Shown: positions 24,645-38,035 of the stretch, in pieces | How the letters are laid out: each line of letters starts with the position of its first letter | Position numbering within the stretch: the first letter of the stretch is position 1 | NCBI GenBank assembly: GCA_047495785.1 | Contig: JBLDXI010000002.1 | Location: forward strand, 2,356,001-2,420,000 | Direction of reading: 5' to 3' | Length of the DNA: 64,000 nt | Source: Lepidodermella squamata | Taxonomy: Eukaryota; Animalia; Gastrotricha | Notes under the pieces: generated by a model | Told to the model about the DNA's origin: nothing | Seen by the model: only the letters and a program-made list of their open reading frames with translations | The model's database searches: none | Made by a program: the position numbers and the translations under genes

Positions 24645-27142
24645 TTAGAAGACCGGCGGGTCGTCTTTAGGCGGCAGCGCGATGCCAAGGCCACACGCCT
24701 TGCATTTGATGTGATCGTTGCGTCGAGATGCACTGACAAGGCACCACAAACATGTCCGCTGGCTGTAGCAGCACGGCAGAACGCACGAGACAAGTGAGGA
24801 AATCTCCTTAGCACATAGTCCGCATTCGACCATCTCCGCTTTGCCGGCGGGCTCGGGGAACTTGGTTTTACGCTTTTTTGCCTTCTTCGACTCTGGGTTA
24901 ACAACCGTTCTTCTTGCTTCGTCTTCTTGCGGCTGGTTTGCGTCGCCGCTGAAAATCGATGATGTAGGTTCGGAGATCGCGAGAACCGGGGTCAGACGAT
25001 AACGGATAGTCATCTAAAAATATATTTAATTAAAAATCAATATTATGGTCAATTTGGGGCAATTTGGGAAACTTATGACTTTGAACTTTTTCTCCTCATT
25101 TAAAGACCGTTCAAAATTCAAAAATGACAGTCTTTTATCGTTATTGCGAGGTGCACTTATCGTCTTGACACCTGAAGCATGAAAAACGAGTAAATATGCG
25201 AAGAATGGGCGAACTTTTCATGTTCCGCGGCGTAAAATGACCAACTTTTCATCAAATAGGACTTTTTTGGAAAGAAGCGACAAAATGAAGCGCCATCGAT
25301 TCAGTTAAATGTTGGTATTTTCGAACCAATTACCAGTCCAGGTGACCACAAAATTAGCCATAAATCAAGGTAAAATCGTGACGATTTGCGGAAACAGGCA
25401 TTCGGTAGCCCAGAACTTCTCTATATAATTTTTATTTGATCAATATTTTTAAAAAGCTGTTGAAATTTACTGATGATTTTCGAAAAAATAAAAGGCAGAC
25501 CCTAGATACAGTGAAACCCCGGTTCTACGCCGATGCGGAGGCAACGAAAAAGTTGGCGTAAAATCCGAATTGGCGAAAAATCGAAAGTTGGGGCTTTTCA
25601 AATCAAAAGCATGCGGATTTTAATTATTTTTGCTTGCACAGGATTTATATACAAAGTTCGGAAATTCGAAAATTCCTTGATATGCTTGAGACGTCCCATT
25701 CGTTGAATGCTATAGGTCCCGAATGATCGCTCTTAGGGTTGCTTGAGTCGGACAGCTAGGTAGCGATTAGTGCAGTCTCGCTATATAGTCTCGCTGACAA
25801 AGTAGGACATTGAACTCGTTTGAAAAAAATACAGGGCAGTGTCTTATAATTCGGAAAAAATTTTCGTTCGAAACTAAGACTTCTCATTTAAAATTTGTAA
25901 CTTCATTGAAATTATCGTAGGCTGAATCAATTACCGTATTTCATCAAATAATAGCCATGGCTACTATTTTTTCCGAAACTCCGAAAATGGTCCAAAAAAA
26001 GAGGCAATTATTCGAGGGGGCTATTATTCGAGGGGGGCTATTATTTATCGGTAATTGGCAAATTTCATCATCGCAAGTCGTTTGCGCTGTTGAATTCTCT
26101 GTTTTTTGACCCATGCTGCTAATTAATCCTCGGCATCAACAAACAACGGCTTACGTCCACCACCTTTAATCCGCTTGGCAGTATAAGGCGACGCAATTAG
26201 GACAGCTTTTTCCCTCCTCCTCCCTCCTCCAGCGCGCCACCTGCTTCGGACAAGGCATGGCGTGGCTATTATTCGAGGGGGGCTATTATTTACTTTTAAA
26301 TGCTCAAAATAGCCTAAAATTTCGGGCTATTATTCGAGGGGGCTTTTATTCGAGGGAGGCTATTAATCGATGAAATACGGTATTTTCAAAACCTCCGTCG
26401 AGTGTAAATGTATCAAGGGTTAAATATTTTTGTACAAGGTGTGGTCCATAGAATTTCGGCGATCTTCTGATCAGATGTTGCTACAAAATTAAATTCTGAA
26501 TTCACGAATTGATCTCAAATCGATTTCGAATTATTTTCCGACTGAAAATTTGATTTCAACAAAAACCCGGATCCAAGTACCTAAAGAACAGACACGGCCC
26601 GAATATTGTAACTAGCTTAAAAAAAGCAAATCTAAAAACGGGGTGGGAATTGGCATAGAGTTAAACTAATTCAAAATTTATTGAAAACTATGTTTTTTGC
26701 ACCATACAAAAATGACCATACATCTTTAGATGAGAAAAAAAATGAAAAACAAACAGACAAAAATACTTACGATTTTTTCCTGAATGAATTCCTTCAGGGA
26801 GACCAGTTGCTGGTGATCGGCTGAGTATATGTCGAGATTCGACATCCTCGAGTTGCTACTGGGGTCAATTTTGCCTGTTAACTTGACCTGTATCAACAGG
26901 TCATTTGCAAAGACCACCGATTCCGGCTCAAAGGGTACGATGAACACTCGGTCGTTGTAACTCAGGCCGAGCCACCATTTACTTATAAGGTATTCGTGCA
27001 TTCGTCCAGGACTCAAAAATTTGATATTGGCGTGTCGCATCCACGTCCGATCAAATCCCGTAAGGTTTCCGACCCATCTGGCTTCGTTGACATAAAAGGA
27101 AGCGCATTCATGCATGCCCGGAATTTTGGCATTTTCGTTCAT
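24645..27142 (-). CDS. Unrecognised N-domain + RING protein (paralog of 22131-23082), long TE-filled intron
   Basis: Exons 27142-26771 and 25013-24645, GTAAGT/TTTTAG phase 0; CGLC...LPCCYSQRTCLWC...CKAC. Confidence 0.75.
25934..26380. mobile_element. Tc1/pogo-like MITE in intron
   Basis: TIR ccgtatttcatc.a.taatagcc, TA TSD, internal ggctattattcgagggg repeats. Confidence 0.8.
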
Positions 27143-27278
27143 GGTGGTAGATAGCTAGTCAATAAAACAGATCGAAATAGCTCTTCAATAATAACTGATC
27201 CTATATATAAAGACCGCATAAAATAAAGCCCAATCAAGTTCTTAATCAGCCCAGGCTTTTCGGTGTAAAAAATTAGGC

Positions 27279-27419
27279 GGGACTACTCCAAAACAGCCAA
27301 GAAAAAACGAAAGAGACCAAAACAGCCAAAAAATTCGATTGTTCTCGTTGCGCAACAATCGAAAAGTTTGGCTGTTATGGTGCCTTTTATTTTAGTGTCA
27401 TTTATTTTGGAGTAGTCCC
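27279..27419. mobile_element. Mutator-like MITE
   Basis: TIR gggactactccaaaa; 9-bp TSD aaattaggc. Confidence 0.8.
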
Positions 27420-28599
27420 AAATTAGGCATCTCGTTAAGAAAAAAGGATACCACTAATTATTTCTTCTCCAAATGACAAAACAGAAACAAATTTGAGAAT
27501 AAGCGAACACATATTCCGAGAAGATTCACTCAAATCAAAATTCAAAAATTAAGCATTGCTATTTGCCTCTAATTTTTTTCATTTTGTTCCAAAGAATTGA
27601 TTAATCAATTCTTTGGAACAAAATGAAAAAAATGAGGTATATTTTATCGCACAACCATGCTAAATATACGACTATCAGGGTTGTGATCGAAAGAAAAGTG
27701 CAAATTTTGATTCTTGAAATCATTTGAATGGGTAATGGTTTGTCTACCATACGCACCTCTTGGCCAAGGCTTTCGCCAGGAAATATCAGAGTGGCTATTC
27801 GTACATATATTGTTTGAAAAAAGATTCCAAACAGAAACATTTCATCATATACCAATATACGCTTTTGCGAGAAAACAACACTGTAAATTGCGGGGAAGGA
27901 ATTTAGCTGAAGCTGAAGACTTTTACAATTCACCATAGTCATCCGACGGTATTCAACAAAAATCAATTTATTCCGAAAGTAACAAAGAATATGCATATTC
28001 GAAACAAAAAAATTGAAATTCATGTTTTAAGCGAGTTTTGAAGCCAAATATTCTCTTACATTCGCAATCGTTTCACGATTCCGAGAAACAGCTGAGAAAA
28101 TCCGGAGCAGCGTAACCAATAAACAACGCACAAAAACAATAAAAAAATTAAACAGATTGGAGTTATTTAGATTTTCAGTTTTAAGGTGGATTTTTTTCAA
28201 TTTTTTAAACCGCTCTTAACTCTGAGAGTAAATCCGCACATATACAAGATTTTTGTTGATAGTTTCATGAAAATTATCGCATGGGATTGCAGTTTTTTAC
28301 ATTCAGCCAAGGAGTTAGTCGAAGTCACAACCGGGGACGAATGGTGATCAGCTGTGGCGCTGCAGTAGCAGTACGAAACCGCTGAAAGCCTGTTCGACTT
28401 GAGGCGGCGAGGGAGACGCGAGATGGAGACTCAATTGGAATTTTCGTCGGAAGATCACGGTTGGCAGGGATAAAGCGGCACCAAAAATTGAGCGGCGATC
28501 TAAAAATTAATCACAAAAATACATTTAATATCAAGCAAATGCGATATAAAATGAACAAAAACGTCAAAAATCTTTCTATTGTAAAACGCATTTTATCTA

Positions 28600-29480
28600 G
28601 TGGCAGGACTACGCTGCCTTCAAAGTGAACCACATCAAACGTGATCACTGTCGCTTTGATGACATTAAGTGCAATCCATGCGGCTTAGGGCCTTTGGCTG
28701 CTCGCTTCCATGCTAACCACGTCAAATGGGTGGGAAACCTTTCCGACCTTTGGCGCACCTATATGCGACACCCCGATCTTTGCTTTCAGCGGCTAAGAGC
28801 TGAATACTCGCAAATGGTGGCTCGGCCAGTCAGCGAACGGTGAGAAGGCCCAAATAGCCTTCGAGCCGGAATCGGCGGCTTTCGTCAATGACTTCCTGCT
28901 AGAAGTCAATTTAACAATAGGCTCGAGCATATCGACCTTGAAAGTTTCCTCGGCCGATCCCGAGGCGATACCTTTGCATCTAGATCACATGCAACTAGCG
29001 AACGATCATTTGCTGGAGATTCACTCGACTGATTTGTTGCTGAACGCCTATTCAGCCGACCGCGACCAGCTGGTCGCCGTAAAATCGTTCATTCGATGGA
29101 TCAAGGAGGAGCCAGACCCGCCTATCCCGGTCCCCTCGAATACTTCTACTAGATACTTTTGGATTCGTAGAAATGCGCTGTATTTGCTAACAAAGTGAAA
29201 CTCAAAATTTCGGTCGTCTACTTCTTAATGGCACGATTCTCTTTTTGATCTGATGACCCCCTTATTGTGAATTATTTCAACGCTCACGAATAAAACCAGT
29301 TTGAAAAACGGCAATATGGGAAAACACAATTATCAGGCTGTTACAGCGCAACCTCTTTATATATTAAAATTGATTGAATTCCATTTCATGAACTGAATTT
29401 TCACTGAATTTTCCCAAGACTGATCGATCCACTGATCGCACCAAGATGCGACACCCCACTCTCCGCTTTCTGCCGTGCGG
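28600..29480 (+). pseudogene. Scrambled fragments of the N-domain/RING family
   Basis: DIKCNPCGLG (RING tail) joined to WVGNL...MRH, KWWLG, SADRDQL with frameshifts; 3' flank is an inverted copy of ~24390-24450. Confidence 0.7.
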
Positions 29481-30734
29481 CCAAGAGCTGACTATACTTG
29501 CTCGGAGTCCAATTTGCCGGGCTATTAACTCCCTGCTCACCTATTTGACACCCTTATTTCGTGATAACCGTTTGGAAAATGACATCCGGCACACAATAGT
29601 CTTCCCAAATACAACTTTTATTAACCGAATTGGAGAAAGATTTAGAACGCATGCTCACGCCGTATATGCCGGATAGAGTATACAACAATAGAGTATACCT
29701 GATATCTCCCTGGGCTTGAGTTCAACCATTTTCCAATCTCACCATGTAGTCGGCATCACTTGACTCTGGGCTTGTTTCGTTGTATAGGAAATTTTCGTTT
29801 CTTTCATTGATCTTGAAATCGATTTTATTTTCACTCTACCTCTGCGATTCTGTGGAAACTGGAAAAGTCCAGACCAATCAAGACATAGGAATCGGGTCCA
29901 AATATTTCCACCACTAGAAATAAGGTTCCAGCGCTAAAACAAATTATTTTCTTCATTGCAGTGAAAAAAATCGAAAATTTTTGCTTCATCCAATTCGTTG
30001 GCCCGAAATATTGAATTCCTAGTGATTCGCCGTTTCTTCTTAAGAATTAATTATTCAAAATTTGGTTCTAGTGAATGCAAAGTAAGAATCCCACGCTCAG
30101 TTACTTACCTTATTGAACGAGCTTGATCGATTTGAAATTTCCGATCCGCCTCCCATACAGCGGGCAGCAAGTCTGTGCCGCATGTTGCCAGGATTGACGT
30201 CTCGATGGCAAATCGAATAAAAGGTTGTAAAGCGTCGAGCTCTGAGCTGGTCCAACGCCTTTTTGCTGAAAGAAGTACACAGAGTAATAATCAAGTCATC
30301 CAGCTAAAAACTAAATCTCACTTTTCTTAGATATCTGTCGCGTCTTTCTCAGATTCAACCGCAGATTCCGAGGCAGCAGGCCGAGAATTCACAACTTCAA
30401 GGCACACTGTCACTTTGTTAAGCTGAGGTCGCGCTTCCTCCAAACTGAGTCATATGGGCTGTGAGACATGCCTCCGTTGGATGGGACAATCGATCGAGTT
30501 CTTGATTGCCCATGATCGATCGAGGTAGTCAATCAAATTCATCTAGCAGCAAAAAAATCGTCGTTATTTTCATCTTAATAATCATATCAGTATCGCAGCA
30601 GAAATAATAGCAGGTTTTGCATATGTTTTAGCAGCAGTTTAACCTTTTGTAGAGTGTCATTTGCACGATTTCGATTTCACCACACGATCACACGAGAGAA
30701 AAATGTATATAAAATATAATTGGTCACAATTTTT

Positions 30735-31080
30735 TAAATAAAAGAATAGCAGAAATTAATTAGGAAAGATAAGGACGGAGCTGTGTCTTCGAAGCAGGCA
30801 CAAAGGAAACCAAGCCAAAGGTGGCGACGGAACGAACGAGCGCCGGGTAAGCGGTACGGTGCGGAAAGATAGCCCTGGCCGGCTAACAACCGAGCGGAAC
30901 CACGACAGATTTTTCCCACAGCGATTGAGCACGTCGTCGATATGGGACTTCCAGGTCAACTTCTCATCGAACAGAATGCCCAGAATTCGAAGCACGGAGA
31001 CTTGCGGGACGACAGAGCCTCCAAGCACGAGCCTCACAACAGGGCGTTGAATTGCTGCCGCCACAGACAGGCCCAAGCGG
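30735..31080 (-). mobile_element. Non-LTR retrotransposon RT C-terminal fragment (I/Jockey-like)
   Basis: LRILGILFDEKLTWKSHIDDV matches the LINE RT thumb motif (x-LG-x2-D-x2-L-x-W-x2-H). Confidence 0.7.
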
Positions 31081-31606
31081 CGACGCGAGCCACAAAACTT
31101 GAAACCAACTTTTCAACTATTAATTGACGTAAAATTAAAAAAACAGGCAATTCTGTTCTCAAAAAAATCCCCGGATAAATATACCGCGAATTTTAATGCA
31201 TAAAAAATTCAAAAACCTTGATGACACCCGAAGCTAAATCAAGTCTGGCGTCGAATTAAAATTTGGGTTTGGCGAATGTTTCGGCAGAAATCGCAAAAGT
31301 GTGTTGACACGAAAAGAGCATTGCTTTCGATTTACCTCATAATTATTTTTCTTGTTAATTTCAACATCACGACGCCAAATATTTCGTGAGACTCTGCTTT
31401 ACTCTTCAAATTTTACATGAAAATCGGACTTACGAAATTTCCAACTTGAAGCAATTCCTTTGCATCGCGGAAGCCGACCGTACTGACGAATTCCAACGGA
31501 CGAAACAACTGTTCATTGATTGAAACGACGCGCTAGCGGGATGTTGCGGCTGACAGTTTCGAATATGATTCAAATAACGGTCCATCCTTCCCATTCAGCC
31601 CACATT

Positions 31607-31822
31607 CTAAGAAGCAAAACCGGTACAGGGCGGTATACTTCCCGAGTTTGGTCTCAGATTTCGGAGGACACCGAGTTGAGTATTAGTTGCAAACTCGCGT
31701 ATCGACTTCCTAGGCTGAGTGAATCGGATTTTGGCCTCACGAAGATTCGCCGGCTCCGTCTCGTCCACAGTCAGCTTGATGATGCCATCGATAAGCAAAT
31801 GATACCTCGCGATCAATTGCAT
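31607..31822 (-). pseudogene. Possible diverged copy of the RING-family N-domain
   Basis: LREAKIRFTQPR resembles LRRATLRFLRPR; weak match. Confidence 0.3.
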
Positions 31823-32172
31823 CTCGGCCACGTTCAGATCTCAACCTTCAGCTTCCACCACCGAATCATCCACGGATTCCGCTCAATCGATCACGATCCT
31901 TAGGTAAAGAAAAACAGAAAATGAAAAAAATTCACATCGAACTTTTCATTTCTCTTGAATTTTTCAATGATTTTTGCGTTAAATTTGTTGGATAATTACC
32001 GTGAATAGCATAAGCGTTCGCGTAGAGGCGCGACCTCGGACGGGCTGAAAAATATGAAGATTTTCATCCCCAAAAGGGGAAATTTCAACTAGAGAAATCG
32101 TTTTGAGAAATTTACTAGGAACTCACCTGCGGCATACTGCAGCCAGCCACGCCCCGAAGGCAGCCTCGACAC

Positions 32173-32625
32173 TTAGTGCCGTGGCTGCTCGGGGATGGCT
32201 GCGATGCCAGCAGCCTCCCGTTCGGCCGCCATGGCCGTCTGCTCGTGGTGCCATGCTGCCTCTCGCTCGCCGGCCTCCCACGCCTGGGCCACAGCTCGCC
32301 ACGCCCGCCGGGCCCTCTTGCGCCAGCGACGACGGCGCTCGGCCTCGGTTGCCTGCCGCACGAGCGCCCGATCGCCGTACTCCTTGCGGCACTTGCCGAT
32401 GATGGCGCCCAGCGAGCGGCCGCCGAGGAGCACGGCCCGAAGAGCCCGGCTGCGTTCCAGCTCGGCTTCAACGTCGGCCAGGCGGGGAGGCCGCCCCGCC
32501 GCCTCGGCCGCGGCTACGATCGGCTCAATAGCCGCGGCTTCCGTCTGGCTCCATCGACCTGAATGAACTGTAGTTATTAATAAATTGAAAAAAATAAAAA
32601 ATTTACTTGGTCCCGGGACCTCCAT
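32173..32625 (-). CDS. Small Arg/Ala-rich protein with Myb/SANT-like helical domain (copy A)
   Basis: Micro-exon MEVPGP, phase-1 intron, GC-rich exon RWSQTEAAAI...GRPP...RSLGAIIGKCR; paralog at 48014. Confidence 0.65.
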   Translation of the reverse strand: MEVPGPSKFFIFFNLLITTVHSGRWSQTEAAAIEPIVAAAEAAGRPPRLADVEAELERSRALRAVLLGGRSLGAIIGKCRKEYGDRALVRQATEAERRRRWRKRARRAWRAVAQAWEAGEREAAWHHEQTAMAAEREAAGIAAIPEQPRH

Positions 32626-33162
32626 TTTCAGATATAAATTTTTTTTAATATCTAGAAATTACACAGCAATTGTGCAGGCAATTAATAAGATATGCAGAGC
32701 CAGTTACAAAAAAAACAGTTCATTATTTTCTCGCTTTGTTGTGTGCGAGAAAATCGTTTTGTTGCCGTTGCCGATGAATTCAACTGTCGAGGCTACCGGC
32801 AACTGATTGCCAGGACGAGACGGCAGGGGGACAGCCAAATCAAACCTAGAGGCGGGTTCGGCGGGTAGTAAGGCTGATCTTGGATCACTGACGAATCGAT
32901 CGGCGGTGGAGGTGCCCGGAAGAGAGAGCGGCAGTCTGCAAAATATGAAGAAATTGTACTAAAAAAATTCAAAATCAAATTCAGGCGAATTTTCAAACAA
33001 GAAAAATTCGACAGCAAACCTACCTATAATTCACTCGAGGTGCAATTCGTAAATAAGCAACCTAAAAAACAGCAATTAAACCATGTTAAAGTTATAATTA
33101 TTGAATGAAATATCTCAACACGCTGCTGATGCAGGTGAAAACGACATAAAATATCTCATTGA

Positions 33163-33546
33163 AATGAAATGAAATGAAATGATTTATTTGTTTCTCTTCC
33201 TCGCGACTAAACGTCTATACCCTTTCGGGTTTTGAGGAAGGCGAAGGCAAGGCAAACCAAAAGGAAAAATTTAGTCACCCTCCCCCACAGCCGAGAAAAT
33301 CTTACTTTTGTTATAAAATTCAAAGTCTTCCAGAGACTCAACTATTTTTCGCCATTCAACACGATCTAATGCCGTTGTTTCGGTAAATGTCCAGTCAACA
33401 GTTTTTTCGGAAATTTCGGTTACATTACTACCATCTTTACGAGGTCTGCCACGGGACCCGTCGGGTTTTTTTCTTATTATATTTTCTGTTGTAAGTCCTA
33501 CTTTACTTAAACTTCTTTCAACAGCATCTAGCCATCTAGTTCGATC
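33163..33546 (-). mobile_element. 5'-truncated RTE-clade LINE
   Basis: RWLDAV...ALDRVEWRKIV C-terminal motif, (TTTCA)n tail, 11-bp TSD tatctcattga. Confidence 0.8.
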
Positions 33547-33599
33547 TATCTCATTGATCAATACAAATTGTTATTTTTATCTTGACGTATTTATCTTGC

Positions 33600-33680
33600 C
33601 AGGCGGCCTCCCCGCCTGGCCGACGTTGAAGCCGAGCTGGAACACAGCCGGGCTCTTCGGGCCGTGCTCCTCGGCGTATC
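33600..33680 (+). pseudogene. Inverted fragment of Myb-like copy A
   Basis: Near-identical to the reverse complement of ~32420-32492. Confidence 0.7.
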
Positions 33681-33861
33681 TCGGCCAAAATCAGCGGACG
33701 TATCAAGTGTCATGGCAAAAGGAAAAAAACGGCATCGCCCTGATAATGACGACGGCAACAACAATTCGAACAACCCGCACGAGCCCGCCGGCAAAGCTGA
33801 TGCTGAGCCGGAAACCAAGATTAAATTGATAATTTGTTAATTTGTTAATTGCGGTGCGATT

Positions 33862-34620
33862 ATGGATGACTCTAAAGATCCTATTATAACGCGATGCGTT
33901 AAATGCTCCAGGGCGAGTGTGACTTGGAAATATACAAAGTTTAAGTATTATTTCATTTGAGCAGTTCAGGTCATGTTCGCTAAGAAGTTCAACGGCCACA
34001 TCAAGTTCGATCTTCCATCTAATTGTGAGAAGATAAAACTGGCTCATCCAAACGGCATTTCGAGAGCAGATCATCGACAAATTCCCAAGGAGTCGCGAAT
34101 GTTGGATGAAGTTTTGTTGGGACAAATTAATAGGTTAATTGCGAAATTTACTGGAATTTATGCTCAGTAGTTTTTGCAGGGCAATCAAGAACTCAAGATC
34201 AGTTTTCCCATCCGAGGCCAGTCTCACAGCCCGTGCCTCAGCCTGGAGGAAGCGCGACCTCAGCTGATTCGAATTGGCGAGATTCGACAAGTTAGCCTCC
34301 ATCTCCCAATAAGAACAAAAAACGAAAAGAACCGGTTCCCGCCAGCTCCGAGCCTGCGATTTTTAGTGGCGACGCATATCAGATTGGAGAGGATGACCAG
34401 CTACCAGAGTCAAAGAAGGCTAAGATGCACAAAACAAACTGCCCCGAGCCCGCGCCATCGTTTTTCGGCGGCGACCCTAATCAGCCTCGAGAAGACGAAT
34501 TGGGCTACCAGCTACCAGAGTCTATGAAGGCTAAGAAGGAGGCAAAAATCGAAGTGCTCCGAGCCCGCCAGTGACACTTTGGTTGCCTTGTTGCAACCGT
34601 CAGCGCACGTCTTTTGGTTG
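33862..34620 (+). pseudogene. ZnF-RING family pseudogene
   Basis: CVKC...H...CEKIKLAHPNGI; linker PESKKAK; RING remnant LPCCNRQRT; internal stops and frameshifts. Confidence 0.7.
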
Positions 34621-36359
34621 TTCAAAAAACTAGTACCAAAATGAAAACTCAAAAACCCCACTTTGGCCTATTTTCTCTAGAAAATGGCTCAAATTGCTTA
34701 TAACGTGGGGGAAATGTTTGCAAAATTGCCGAAAATTGCAAAATAGCGTGGATATTTCCTATTGAAAATAAGCACTCTTCGACCTTGGATTCTCCTCAGA
34801 AAAATTAAAATTTCACTCTCAGATCCGCTAATACTACCAATAAATGTTCCTGGTTACGCCCCTGCTTGAACCATTTGATTTTTTTCACCGCTATCTATAC
34901 AGTTTTAAGGTTGATCAATTGATTTGATCAATTGCCAAATATTATATTATAGTAAAAATTTAATTTCACGGAAAAATCTCGGTGATATTATGAAAATAAT
35001 ATTCAATTTTTTTTGAAATGAGGTCAAAATAATTTCTTACCCCACTTTTAGCCTTCTGAATGTCTGTCATTGCACAGCATCTTCCCAAAACTTCACAGCG
35101 CTTGTCACTTGTACCTGCGGGGCTGGTCGGCTATGACCAGTTCGTCCGGCTGATCTTGACACAGCGTCGAGTTGCGACAAGCATAGATGGGCTATAAAAT
35201 TGAAATGCGGAAAGGCGGCTTTCGCTGACCGGGTTGGGAGACAGAGGCTGATATTTGGTCACTGACGAATCGATCGGCGGCGAGGCCACTAGCGGAGGGG
35301 CCGGAAAGAGAGATAGGCAATCTGAAAATAAGAAGAAATTACTAGAGTCATAAAATTTCAACAATAAGTTTGGAGATCAGAATGAAGAGCAGCAGATGAA
35401 ACTCGGGTGAAAATTTCAAAAAAAATTACAAAATTTGTTTTCACCTTGGCAAATCCTAGAATATTGCTACCTCCATTTCTATATTCAAATTATTCTCAGA
35501 AACCACCTGGGTGAGGAAATACGGAGGGGTAATTTTGCTATATATTCGATGCTTATTCGTCAAATATTCGTAGAAAAAATCAATCGCCAATAATAGATTC
35601 GAAATCGGGATGAATAACTGGCTATCCTTAAACTAGAAGAGGTCAGGATTTTTTCGCTCATTTTTTTACAGAATTTCAAGATTTAAGGTCAGGTAGGCAC
35701 GCGGGTAGAAAAGTGTTGTCAAAGTTTACACCTGACAAAACTGTACTGCTCCCCGGCACTGTAAATAACACTGTATTTAGGCAGGACTGAAGTAAAGGAC
35801 AGGGTCAGGTCCTTACAACGATTTTAACACCGTTTTTGCTGCGATCAAACAGGTACGCCGCTAAATTTCTTGGTTATCGAAATTAAACGCCCGCCTTAAA
35901 AATAATTTGTTTCAGCAACATTATCTCAAGGTCCAACTTTATGTGTGATCTGTGATCGAAGGCTCAAAATTTGTAAAAAATTTGTTAACTTGGCAAGAGA
36001 TCAAAATAATAGGAAAACCCAGTGGAGTAAGAAGTGGATGTAAAAAGCTGTGTTAAGGGTCGCCAAACTTTCAAGTTCAAGGAACTTTCTTGCTTGACTG
36101 GCTCTCCATATTTCACCAGGAAAAACAACCGGGTTTACCGGGAATCTAAGTATACGGCGAGCCTTTGCTGAGGCTTTTCCAAGAGATTTCGCAAACATAA
36201 TTCTCGAAATGGATGAAACGATAAGGGGGTGATCAAATCACGATTATCCTAGGCGAGAAATATATTTAAAAAAATTAAAAGGCGCTTCCGTAAAATTTGG
36301 TATTTAAGATTAGATAAATTTTTGGTCATCTCCAATCATTTTTTTAAGGTGGATTAAAT

Positions 36360-36685
36360 TCACTACGCACCTCAAGCACAGCTGAAAGCAGGAGACATTT
36401 GGCGAAATCTTCTTGCCACAGAACCCGCGTTCGATTATCTCCGCTTAGCTAGCAGGCTAAAGAAACTTGGTTTCACGCTTCTTGGCTTTGCTCGATTCAA
36501 ACTGGAAAATCGATTTGTCTTCTTGAAGCTGATTGATGTCGCGGGAACCGGGGTAGGCGGGCTGGTTTTCGTTTGTTGTTTAGAGACGGAGGCGCTCCTG
36601 TCGTTGGCCTGGGCGTACCATCTTGGTTCCTTCTCGTCATTTTGGATTCAGGAGAGGAAGCGAACCGAGAAAGCGGAGATTCTAC
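36360..36685 (-). pseudogene. RING family linker/RING remnant
   Basis: ESSKAKKRETKF...FCGKKISPNVSC...CLRCV with stops. Confidence 0.55.
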
Positions 36686-37661
36686 AAAATAAATAAGATT
36701 TAAAATAAATGAAATGGTCTCATTTTGGACGATGACTAATTTTTGACACTTTCGACTTGAAAATGCGGTTTATTCGAATTTTTGAATCGATCACCAATTT
36801 AACAATTATTAAGGCTTGTTACGAAAAGATCACAACTTTCGATACGAATACGAATTTGCTGGTACGAACATACTCTGAATCTTTCCAATTCTGTTTCTTT
36901 TCATTCCACATCAACGAAAAATGAGACGTGGCGATCGATTTCAGCCCGTCTATTTCATTTTTCAATAAAATTATCGTTCAAACTTAACAATTAGCTTTCG
37001 GTACGACAATACCGTTAAAGCATGGACCCTTTATTTTTCCGACTTTTACACTAAACAAGACTAGTTTCTATCATCATAGCTTTAGATAGAAACTTTCACC
37101 ATTGTGGTCTGGGGATCTCTCTGGCGTCGACAGCCATTAACGATAGCTCTTAATGGCAGAAACAGGGTCGAATGCGCTGAAAAATTGTTGGTGCAATCAA
37201 ATAAAATCAAAGATCAATGAATGAATGAATTGACGATTTCTTTTCTGCTAGAATGAAATTACCTACTATGAATTTAATTGACTGCTTCGATCAAGGGCAC
37301 TCAATAACTCAAGATCAGCTGGATCGATTTTCCTATCCAATAACTTAGGCCAGTGAAGTGAACCAGGAAAGTCGGAAGTTCTCGGCCTGATATTGCTTTA
37401 TCAGTACTATAAGTGGTTTCAGTGTGGGCTGGGCATTTCGCTGGCGTCGACCGCCTCAGCATCATGTTAATTCTTCAAGCGATAAAGATGAAAAGATCTA
37501 CGATGTCTACACTTTCCAACGGGCAAATTTCGATTTTCTCCACAAAAGGCGTTGAAAATCGAGATGGCAATCGCCTATTGTTGGATCTCTTAATGTTTTT
37601 AAATAGCCCTTAATTTTTCAAGTTTGCTGTGAAATTTCTAGATATTGAGAGAGCTCAATCC

Positions 37662-37890
37662 ATGGATGACCAACGAAGACGTATAAGGCAAATTGCGACA
37701 AGAAGAGCTCGCGGCAATCGAGCCAATCAATTGCCGCTTTCTTGGCGGAGGGTCGGCTGCTCACGCAGGCCGATGTCATAGCCGAGATCGACCGAAGCCG
37801 GAAGCTCCAGCGCGTTTTCCTGGCCCGCCAATCACTCTGGCGAGCAAGTGCCGGGCGGCTTTGGCAAACCGCGAAGCCGTGGCATTATAA
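37662..37890 (+). pseudogene. Myb-like family pseudogene (copy C)
   Basis: EELAAIEPI...ADVIAEIDRSRKL...ASKCRAALANREAVAL with frameshifts. Confidence 0.7.
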
Positions 37891-38035
37891 TGTACAAATA
37901 GTCGTTACCCAATTAATTCACGAACGAGAGAGTTAAGCAATTGAGTGAGGATAATCGATGCTCGACTTTGTCCGACCAGGTCCCAGTCCTACACAGATTC
38001 AAAATTTGGAACTCTCTAGCGAAATTTTTTCAATC

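Noticed and set aside
32173-32175. Genome-wide TAA reassignment
   Set aside because: TAA ends several genes here at positions where paralogs use TGA (e.g. the TPAP-ending genes), so any recoding must be local
32103-32566. Several overlapping + strand ORFs (also 48007-48403)
   Set aside because: By-product of high GC; only the minus frame is conserved between copies
33913-33918. GC donor (GCGAGT) in ZnF-RING copy
   Set aside because: The paralog has GTGAGT and this copy has downstream stops, so it is more likely decay than a functional GC-AG intron
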